DNA from: Cycas panzhihuaensis
Taxonomy: Eukaryota; Plantae; Cycadophyta
Assembly: GCA_023213395.1 (NCBI GenBank)
Contig: CM041465.1
Location: 183,341,741 to 183,405,740 of the forward strand
Reading direction: 5' to 3'
DNA length: 64,000 nucleotides
The notes under the pieces were generated by a model, which had not been told where the DNA came from, did not search any database, and saw only the letters and a list, made by a program, of their open reading frames with translations. A program made the position numbers and the translations under genes. This document shows positions 24,371 through 34,584 of the stretch, piece by piece. Each line of letters opens with the position of its first letter. Position 1 is the first letter of the stretch.

Positions 24371-25698
24371 TTGAAAGAAGTGTAATGAGCATCCTATAAG
24401 TTCCAGATTGTAAGATTTCCACAATGACGTGAACGTTTAAAGCAATGGCACTATGAATGCTTATAGTGTTTCAAGATGAATTAAGATGAGACTGAAAATA
24501 AGAGCTCCTCACCAATATCATCTTTTAAAACCAATATTGCCAATATAGGCATGGATGCTACCTTATTAGCTAAGGATTCACATTATACACTCTATTTACA
24601 ACCTTTATGAATAGCTAATATAAAAGCCCAATCAATAATCTTCTATCAACAAAGGCATGTATATGGGATCTTCGATAATTAGCATGCCTTTATAGATAAT
24701 CATACATAAGTGTTCAATTTAGAACATGATCCCAAGATGCTTTGTAGACTATCCTTGATCAACAAACCATGGATCCAAAGTTGGGTCATACTAGATGCCC
24801 TCACTATCAATGTTTTGGTCCAGATGTTCTTTCAAAAGGGTAGAGCTCACACTTACTACCTCTGCATAATACCCACTTCAGTTTTCCACTTGTTTCCTCC
24901 ACACTTCCTATAGACCACAATCAAGTAAAGACCCATAACTGGTATAGAAGCCAAGAAGAACAAATCATAATAGAACATAATCAATTGAAGAATAGAAGGC
25001 TGAACAAGTATCCTCCATCATTAGGATTCAAAACATGCAATAAGAAAAGCCCTTTGGTTGATTCCACGTTTGGAAGGCACAAAACAAAGTTGACATCAAC
25101 TGCCTTTCAGCAAAAATCCTTAGTTTGAAACATACACTTCATTTCACTTAAGAAAGATGAGAAGAAGAATAATGAAGTTGAACACACACAAATTCTAAAA
25201 CTACTAGCATGACTTGAGCATAATGGTTAGGGTAGGGATTAAGAGAAGGACATGAGGGAAAGCCAAATTGCATGAGTTTCACGAAACACCAAGGATTCCA
25301 TTTGGCAGAAACTCTAGCAATATAATCTTGCAACATTTAATGTGTGTGGGTCCTAGGACAATAAGTGATAGTCCTAAGTCTTAGGGTCAAAAGGTCATTA
25401 TAATACTATGTAAAAGGATATAAGTTTGTTGGTCAAGTTAGTGGTGTAATGCTATTGGTCAGGACAAAGGTATTTGTCCCACATGCATTACTTGTGTTGA
25501 ATAGTCTCCCACCTCTTTAGTATATAAAGGTGGTTGAGGTAGTATGTAAAGACATCACATCATCAAGGCTCATATTGAGTCTTTGGTGCTTTTGGTATGG
25601 TAATACATTCTGATTATGTTGTGTTAATCTCTGTTGATGTTATTGATCTTGCTGTTGATGAGTGCTCTCCATGTTAAAATCTTAACATGGTATCAGAG

Positions 25699-25782
25699 CG
25701 GGTTGCTTGCTAAGGCCTTTGTGTGCAGATGAGGAAGGAACGGGTTGCTTGCTAAGGCCTTTGTGTGTAGATGAGGAAGGAA
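25699..25782 (+). repeat. 2 x 42-bp tandem duplication directly after the PBS of F
   Basis: CGGGTTGCTTGCTAAGGCCTTTGTGTG(C/T)AGATGAGGAAGGAA twice, 1 mismatch. Confidence 0.95.
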
Positions 25783-26401
25783 GGAGACTCCATTAGGGCG
25801 GCTGACAGAATGAAGATTTAAGAGTTTGCAGGACGTTGTGGTGTTGAAGGGAGATTTGTGGAACAACTGCCAGATTGAGGATTCGGATTGGGAAGGTGAA
25901 GCCCCAAGGTGATCAATACTACAGATGTAATTTTGCCAGTAACCCTACTCTCATAAGCTTGTTGAGTAACCGCTCTTAAGGTGAAGAAATTGGCCAAGAT
26001 CTGGTTTTTGGAATTGCAGCTGCTCATATTAGCATGTTTGCATAAAGAGACCTCTGCGTTGAAGTCTTGTTAGGGTCTGCTGTAAAACCCTAGTCTCTAC
26101 TAAACACCATAGCTACAACTGGAGCCAAACTATCCATGTTATATACTGGTCAGCTACCACTGCCAAAACCCTGGTCTTCATGCATCCGAGTATCTGTGGT
26201 GATGCCCTAGGCTGTCCCTCCATTAGCACATCCATCGGCCGCCATGGACGCCGTTGATTTCAGTTGTATCATCAGACGCAGCTAATGATTGAGTCTGTCC
26301 CAATGTGAGCCTGTAGAAGAACAGGAATATATACCAGAATTCCAGATTGAAGACACAGTCATAAATGGAAACACCAAACTGTGTACTAGATCTGAGCAAT
26401 G

Positions 26402-26476
26402 TCTCCTCTAAAGACTGCATCACTATATCCTCTGTATCCTCTGAAGACTGCATCACTGTGTCCTCTGAAGACTGCT
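26402..26476. repeat. About 3 copies of a 24-bp unit inside F
   Basis: TCCTCT(A/G)AAGACTGCATCACT repeated. Confidence 0.75.
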
Positions 26477-29400
26477 GGTGCACTTCACCTCAGGCATACC
26501 AAAAAACTGCGAATGGCAGAGAAGCTTGTTAAGATCGAGTATATTGTGGAATAGACCTGCAGCCGTTGAAGATCTCCTTCTCAGATTATTGTTGGTAGTG
26601 TGAAGAACTCTGAGAATACTGTCCCTGCTAAGGTTGATGTTGTTGTTGGGACTGAATATAGCTTTGTGCTGGCTATGCATAATATTGTTTGTTGTCCTGC
26701 TTCGACATCGCAATCGGAGTGTGGGCTGTTGTGTGGATCGCTAATATGGTTAATGATAAATATATTGAGAATCGGGCTGTTTAAATAGATTGTCTGTAGT
26801 CTGCTGAGGTTGTTGTTGATGATATTCCTCAACCCTAGCCTTCGATTCTTCTTCTCATGCTTGATCTGTGCTGTAGCTACCTGTGCAATTGCGGCAAGAT
26901 TTATAGGAACAGGCCATTGATCAGGGAAACGAGGAAAATGACTAGTTGATTGTATGGCTTCCACCTCTGGTATGTCTACAGAACTCCATGTTCAGACTGT
27001 GGTGACCTCGAGACTGGTTGTGCCTGGTTTTCTCAACCGACTGTAAATATTTTGTCCTGGCTGTCAATCTGCTGGTAAGGAGACACATTGAGTCATCATC
27101 ACAGACCTGTCAAGGAAGATGTGACCTGTCACAGACCTGTCTTGGTGGAAATTGGGTCAAAGCTCTGTGTCTTGATCATTTGGAATCTTCACACACAGAC
27201 ATAGCTTCTGCAGCTCCACTCTTCTGTCACGTAGAGTCCCACCACGTACATTCCAGCAGTTCAGGCGCTGGGGACAATTGGTGAACTGCTTTGTTAACAG
27301 TCCTCTGAAATCTAAAATCTGACTCAGTGGACGTTTGTTCCGTGGTAAAGGTATACAAAGCCGCCTGTCTTATCCCGTGAGAAATCCATTGGAACGTAGA
27401 AATAAATGTGTGGAACTGTCCATTGGCCTTTCTGCTCTCAAATCCATGGATGGCAGTCCTATTTGATTACTTGGCAGTAGAGATATTGATGACAGTCTGA
27501 AAACAATTCTGAAGTGCTCTTGATTAAAGTAGTGTACCAATTCATCTGCAATCCCAGTCAATTTCAATGACTTATAATACAACATTGTAGGAAGATTCGT
27601 CTGGGCCAAAAGGCACAAGGTTCGTTGTAATCTCTTGCAAGGGAAGGCCATTATTGGAACACAGTAGTTCAAATTACTGTCATTTTTAGTTCAGCTGTCT
27701 AAAAAAGACCGCATAGGTGATCTACTTACTTATGCTCGCCCCACGCATAATGTAAGTCATCTCCGTGGAAATTTAATAATGTAATCGCATGACCGCCCTG
27801 AGTACACATGGTGGGTTGGCACACCGGAGGTAATCTTGATGGTGCAGGTGGATAGAACGATCGCTGCGGTGGAGGAGGTCATTTCACAGCTTGTAACACG
27901 GTGGTGTGATAAACCTACCGGAACAGTAATGCAGACCGGCTCGATACCGGTGAAATAAGGACAAGATTAGCAGCCTCGGCAAAGACTCATGAAGATAGAG
28001 TCGCACTTTTGTCGTTGATACTTTGCATACTATGGACGTTATTAGCGCCATCGTGTATGAGGTCACATCAAACCCTTAAGCTCTTTTCTAAACTGCTCGG
28101 GACATAGAGTTGAAGCAGAATCACAATCAAGACACCATTACTGTAAGTGAATCGACTGCAGTGACTTCTGTTTTGAAGGCAGAGTTGATCCTAAAGCGAG
28201 TTGGTAGTTGACACTCTTAATATCATTGCTGAAAAGAGATATTAGGCTCACAGTCTATGACTGATCTGAGTATTCAGGTTTAAGTCTTCTTTTGTTGATT
28301 TTCAAGTTGAACTGGATATTCTTTGATCATACACTATGGAGTTAACTGACATTATCACCTTTCTGCCTGAAAAAAATGAATACTGGCTATCAAATCTTCC
28401 CTTCCCTTTGCCCAAATATATTGGAACTAATTTTTGTTTTTGGAAAATTAAGATGGAAAGTCTATTTGTAGTGAAGAAACTTTGGAAAACAGTCATGGAG
28501 ACTGAAACGGCTCACGAAGAAGGGGAGGAAATCTTCAAAAGGAAAAACAAAATTGTTATTGACGTGATACTTGCAGCCATTGATAAGGATAACCTCCCAT
28601 CTTCCTATCACTTTATTATCCGTGTTCTACGAATATGGACTCGGTGAGGATGCTTGGAAACCACCGATGTAAGTGAATGAAAAAGGACCTAAAGAAATGC
28701 AGCAGCAGAGAATCAAAAGGGCAAAGAATCAGAGGAAGAAGCTGAAGAGGAAAGGAAAAAGGAAAAAGCAACGTGACAAAGCCATAAGTCTCATCAAAGA
28801 ACCAGCTCTGGAGGCTGAAAATTTCAGGCATCAATCTTTGCAGATAATAGTTCATGGAGACATGAGTTACTTAACAAAAGGTATGGATAATGTTATCCTA
28901 GTTTGTGTTGACAAGTTGGTAGGAAGAATTCAAACAATGACAGGTCATACAGTGATTTGCATGTATTGGAAACTGTCCATGATCTCCCTCAACTCAGTTA
29001 CATCCTCCATTCTCATTTTTGAAAAGATCAAAATTATAACAGCATATCCTAGAGTGGCACTAGAAAGCTATTTTCAAAGAAACATAAGGAGGATACCATG
29101 TCATCAGGATCTTGCTTATCGAATTCATATTACCTTTTGGATAGGTTACCTGATTATGAAAGTCAATCATATTGAAATAATGTTCCATGTATGCATATCC
29201 ATAATCAGAAAGCATATGCATGTGAGTATCATAGAAATACTCATTATACTTAGTTCATGGAACCCTTTGAGTGACACAGAGAAAGCAAGGTACATCACAC
29301 AGATTACAGGAACTTGACTCAAATCCATTGCTTCAGAGGAGGATAATGATGTCTCATTGCTACATTTGGATAATGATGATATTGCTAACATCTATGGAAG

Positions 29401-30723
29401 CAAACAAGTGATACATATCTTTGATGAGTACATGCAGGATCATGTGGAATTAGCCATCATTCACTACTTGTTTAGCATGTCAAAGAATTCTCAACTATGT
29501 ATGAAGTTGAAAGAAGCAAAGCTCGAAGATCGTCAGTTCAAATGACAGCTTCAGAAAGGACACTACAGGGTTGAAGACCAAGATCAAGCCCAAGACATGG
29601 TGTTCAAGACCTTTCCAAGATCAAGGCGGTGGAGATTCAAAGAAGACAAAGTACATTAGAGTTTGTTGATAGTCATATCAGTCTTGTCATGTAGTCTTTA
29701 ATGTCTATTCATGTCAAGTGTCAATGTATGTCAAATTGTCCTTCGTTTAAACATTAAACATTAAGGGGAGGTGTTAGAAATAATGTTTAATATGTGTGGG
29801 TCCTAGGACAATAAGTGATAGTCCTAAGTCTTAGGGTCAAAAGGTCATTATAATACTATGTAAAAGGATATAAGTTTATTGGTCAAGTTAGTGGTGTAAT
29901 GCTATTGGTCAGGACAAAGGTATTTGTCCCACATGCATTACTTGTGTTGAATAGTCTCCCACCTCTTTAGTATATAAAGGTGGTTGAGGTAGTATGTAAA
30001 GACATCACATCATCAAGGCTCATATTGAGTCTTTGGTGCTTTTGGTATGGTAATACATTCTGATTATGTTGTGTTAATCTCTGTTGATGTTATTGATCTT
30101 GCTGTTGATGAGTGCTCTCCATGTTAAAATCTTAACAGCAACATGTGATAAACACTGATGCGAAAAGACTATACAAAATATAGGTAAATATTTTCTACAG
30201 CGCAAAACTAATGGCATGCATCATATACCCATCTATCTATTATAACATTGGAAGGCTCCATCAGGAAGTAGGATTTCCAATAATGAGTTAAGCCATCAGA
30301 ATTAAGTCTAGACTCTAAGGTAAGATTATATTAGGTTAAATATTATGTCCATACATTAAGGTTGCGAAATTAATCTATAGTAAGCATTTAATTAATGAAC
30401 TTTTAAAATAAAATAATATTGTTTGTCACCTATTTATCAGAGGGAAACATTTCAGTTTCAGAGAAATGTGGGAAACATCTCTCAAAATCCTGGAAACAAG
30501 TCTGCATGCAACTACAAGGAAAAAGATTGTAGGCTTCCTTGAAGCAATCCCTTACACTTAGGTGTATGATTCTTTCCAATAGAGATCTAATCCTTTTTTT
30601 TTCCTCCTTTTTCTGCCTCTTTCAAGAGAAACAGAACTCTGCATTGGTGCATTTATTGCCAAAAGATCTGCATATGTATTTTTAGCACCCATGCATATTG
30701 TTCTATGTTATAGCTTATTGTAC

Positions 30724-30889
30724 CTTCAACATAGTCCATTGCCCGGCCCTGTGTTACATCGCGAGCCTTCTGGCCGATAACAACTGCTAACTCCACTTCA
30801 TAGTCCAGTGATTCCAGAGGATGTGGAATCTCAATGGTTCCGCCATTTTGTACATATGAGGATGTGGGCTTCAAGAACAAAACTGGCTC
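30724..30889 (-). CDS. FAHD1: Internal coding exon (166 nt) of a fumarylacetoacetate-hydrolase-family gene, FAHD1-like acylpyruvase/oxaloacetate decarboxylase
   Basis: Translates EPVLFLKPTSSYVQNGGTIEIPHPLESLDYEVELAVVIGQKARDVTQGRAMDYVE(G), with FAH-family F-x-K and metal-binding E-x-E motifs. Acceptor TCACTTTTCAG| and donor |GTACAA; no stops. Confidence 0.9.
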
Positions 30890-31729
30890 CTGAAAAGTGA
30901 AAAGTCAAAAAATGAACCCTTTTAACTGCCTTGGTCAAATAAAGATGTCCACTTTTAATTTCTTAATAACATTGTGATAATTTTGTATCCATTAGCACAA
31001 GGCTTGACAAAACAAAGATTACTAACAGATGCATATTGAAATAATTTTAAGTATGTGTCCACTGATTTTGTGATTACCACACTCAGAGAAATGATTGTAT
31101 TTTTTTCTATGCTGGACATGCTTACAAAGTCTGCTCATTTCATGCATAATGAGACCACTAGTAAAATATTGTAAGTTGCAGAACGCTTGATAGCAAATAT
31201 CTTCACACTACATCAAATGTCATTGAAAAGCTTTATTGACCAAGATTGACAATTCATAGACTACCTTGTGAGGAGTTACCATAGATGGTGGGCAGCAAAA
31301 TTTATGCCAAGTTCTTCATATCACCCGTGGACTGGCAAAGAAATGCTCAGAAGAATGCCTTCAACAAATTTTCATGATTATCCTTAATCTGAGACCAGGG
31401 TTGCATTTGGGCCTTGGTTGAAGTTTCACATCATGGATTCCATCGTAAAGTCATTAGAATGTCCATTTGAACACTTGCAAGGCTACAAATTTTCTAGTCC
31501 ACAACAATAAACCTCCTACCCTGAACAGAGCTTGCTTTTGATCTAAAAATAGGGTTTTTCCACATAAAAAACATCACTAAAGAGCTACAGACAAATTGGT
31601 ACAATGACAGAAATGGATGTGACTAGCTGATGAAAATAGAACAGAGAAGAATGTAGTGGTTGATGAGTAGGTAAATGTCCAACTTGAATCCAACCAAATA
31701 TTGAACATAAAGGACAGTATTAAGGACAT

Positions 31730-32105
31730 ATCGTACTGCAAGCATTATGGACCCTACAAGATAATTGAGAAGATTTGACAAGTTGCTTACAAATTGGAAC
31801 TGTTGCCAACCAGTACTATACAGGACGTAGTCCATGTATCCATGTTGAGGAAGAATCTTAGAGAACATATTGCACTGATAGAAGGACTTGCATTCTTAGA
31901 CAATAAAGCAATTATACACCTCAGTCTGAAAACTATTCTGAGGCACCTATTGAAGACTTACCGACTATGACAGTCCCACGAATTCTGGACCAAGTAGAAG
32001 GGGCTTCTGAAGAAAATTGCAAAATGGAAAACACAATCATTTTTGTAAGAACAGAATAAAATATCTGCAGAACTTTAAAATCAGTTACCAGAGATGAGCA
32101 GGCTT
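31730..32105 (+). mobile_element. Old Ty3/gypsy integrase C-terminus (GPY/F)/chromodomain fragment
   Basis: KHYGPYKIIEKI*QVAYKLELLPTSTIQDVVHVSMLRKNL matches the chromovirus GPY/F region. Confidence 0.72.
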
Positions 32106-32399
32106 GTTATGATCTCATTCAGAATTATATTACTATAACAATTCTCAATCAATACTGTAAGTGATGATGCAACTGCCACTGCATTCTGTATTAAAAGGCA
32201 TTAATGACATCTGGAGGGGATTTAGGAAATCCCTAGCTTCTCCGTGCCTATTATGCCTTCCTTGCTGGAAGAGGAATATAATAGTTAATACAGACATACT
32301 GGCCCTATCTGTTGAGAGTATATTGGCTGGCCTTCAACATATTGTATTGGTTTTAGCAATGTTGCTATCAGATTTCATCTACAATCAATGCAAAAGTGA

Positions 32400-33000
32400 A
32401 ATTTCGAGTCAGCAATATTCCACATCATATAACTACTCTTCTGTCCTCCTAAATGGATAAATTGCTTCTGCCTGTGATCGCTTCCATAATGACTGTTAAA
32501 CATGTCAACTGCTGCACATATTTTCTAACAGCAAACTCACATCATAGGCCCTTCACCACACATTACCATCCACTTTGACACCCTTCAACTTCCCAGCTAC
32601 ACCAGTAGACTTATAAAGTTTCTACTGCAGATCCACTCCCTTCCATCAATGAACCACAAAACCAAATTTCCCTCGTGTGTTCTACCTTAAGCTGCAAAAA
32701 CTCCATTCAACATATGATTTGCCACCCTTACAGATATTGCCCTGAAAGAGAATGCCCACTAGTACATGGTTTGATGAAGACTACAAAGTGATACACATGA
32801 AACTCAAATCTGATAGATCTCCCATCCCAAGCAGGCCCTTTCTACCAGATGTAGATATCACTGCCTTCTTAGGAAGAAGAAATACCAGTTTATCTCCCCA
32901 CACAGGAGAGATTATCTACTTCCTCAAGACCTCACCTATGTCCTTCAAAAAACACCTTTTGCCAAAGGAATCCTTCACTTAAATGATCGATCCTGAGATG
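32400..33000 (+). mobile_element. Possible decayed LINE fragment
   Basis: PTSTWFDEDYK resembles the PWFDxEC linker motif downstream of LINE endonucleases; weak. Confidence 0.22.
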
Positions 33001-33368
33001 TGGGCCTCTGTATGCCTAAGTTTTGGTACTGTACAGACAAGAGCAAACCAGAGTTGGTGGATGTGTATATCTAAGATACAACCCATGGAATGCAGAGTGC
33101 ATTCCAATGTGAAACAGCTGAAACACACACGGTGCATTCCAAGGCAAGTCAGCTAAAGCTTAAACACAACAATCTGATGTGAGATGGTTGAAAGTTAAAC
33201 ACAGCAATCCAATGCGAGATGGCTGAAGCAGAAACATGACATTCGAAAGCAAGGCAGGCATAATGCAAACCAAGGCTGTCCAGCTGCAGATAACAGACAT
33301 ACAGGTCACAATTTGCACGTGCATGTCGCAGCAGGAAACTTAGTCTAACACAGTAGGAACAAGCCAAT

Positions 33369-33433
33369 ATGCACTACTGTTACATCCAGTAGTGCATCAT
33401 TAATTAGATCTTGCTTTTAATTAATGATGCACT
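33369..33433. repeat. Two overlapping perfect inverted repeats (11-bp and 16-bp stems)
   Basis: ATGCACTACTG/CAGTAGTGCAT (33369-33379/33387-33397) and AGTGCATCATTAATTA/TAATTAATGATGCACT (33391-33406/33418-33433). Confidence 0.85.
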
Positions 33434-34584
33434 CATAAACTGAAATGTAATGGGTTAATCTATGCAAAAGTTAATGGTCATAAGTTGATTATGTCATTAT
33501 TGTAACAAAAACACACATATTGTAATCCCAAAAGGCACACCATTCCATGATATGAATCCCTCAGAAAGGTCTTAAGGGCTATCTTACATCATGTTTAGGG
33601 TGGAGCCAAGCACTTTATGTACAATCATTTTTAGTAAATCAGAAAGAATGTTATAAACCAGTTATGACATAAACTTGTGATGTGCAATTTCTTTGATGTG
33701 AAGTCCTATTAATGAGAGCAAATATGTTAGAAGAGGATTGTGAGACATTGCATCGTGTATTTGACAATGACATGAGCCAGCTGCTCTCTTAGTTGTGCCA
33801 CCCTATAACAAAGTATCAGGTCAGTCTTGGGACAGCCATATTGAACCATTGTTCTAGTAAGATAGGTCTGTTGCCAAGAACTGCAATTGGAAAACATTGG
33901 ACAACCCAATTTAACAAGTAGATAAGATAACAAGTGACAATTCTATGTGTACATAAGCAAGTGACCAAGTGAACGGTAACCATGGTTGCCACAACCATGG
34001 CAGGTTCGGGTTCTTATTAAACGTGGACTGCCAAGGGGCCTTTCAATGCCATGTAAGGAGAAAGGGAAGTCTACCCAAATCTAGTCAAGAAAGGGTAATC
34101 AAATTGTATGCAATAAACTTGGCATCTGGGCACTTAGGATTGGCCCAAGGAACGACTCCAACAAACAGAAATGGGAAGAAAACAACAAAAATTTACTCAG
34201 AATTGCTGAAATTGCAAGAAGGGCTAGGACAGTTGCGCAGTAAAAATCTAGCTCTCGAGGAACAGTAGTGAGAATGCATAGAAGGGAACAACATGTTAAA
34301 ATCGGGAGCAGAACCAGATCAAACGTACACACCAAACGCAGAAACGAACACACACGATATCCAGTGGAAAAAACCCACCTTAGAACAATCGATTACATTG
34401 ATCCAGAAATCATAAGAGTACAAGGATGTCTTTGGATATATATAGATCCATAAGACTCCGAAATAAACATCCGTTGGCCCCAAGAAATAATAATAAAGAT
34501 ATGTGCTTAATATTTACATTAGTGGGGTATTGTTTTTAACATCCCCCCTTAATGTAAATATTGATCTTCAACATAATGAAATGT

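Larger units (their letters stand above)
19555..24599. repeat. Near-identical duplicated segment, copy 2 (may extend further left; limit set by window start)
   Basis: Colinear with 1-5031; differences are mostly 1-bp indels clustered at ~22080-22520. Confidence 0.97.
25336..30137 (+). mobile_element. Young non-autonomous copia-derived (LARD-like) element F
   Basis: LTRs ~25336-25687 and 29772-30137 with only 2 mismatches seen; perfect PBS TGGTATCAGAGC 25688-25699; PPT AAGGGGAGG before 29772; flanking repeat GCAAC(AT). Decayed gag (PKYIGTNFCFWKIKMESLFVVKKLW), RT-like (VILVCVDKLV) and RH-like (NHIEIMFH...SSWNPLSD) remnants. Confidence 0.9.

Noticed and set aside
25336-25687. Retrozyme (hammerhead-containing LTR) interpretation of F
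   Set aside because: No CTGANGA...GAAA core found by eye in the LTR (nearest is TTGATGAG without a matching GAAAC), and the element is much larger than typical retrozymes.
28673-29317. 214-aa ORF as a host gene
   Set aside because: Lies inside F and contains decayed RT/RNase-H-like words; no independent gene structure.
30790-30815. LDYEVEL instead of the HEVEL I recall in plant FAHD1, as a sign of altered function
   Set aside because: The E-x-E ligands are intact and DYE occurs in other FAH-family members; cannot be evaluated without an alignment.
30653-30880. 75-aa ORF as a complete gene
   Set aside because: The start is non-ATG and lies inside the exon; homology ends at the GT donor (30723) and the tail is intron read-through.
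31150-31620. Further gypsy integrase/RNase-H-like words
   Set aside because: Too degenerate and strand-inconsistent to delimit.
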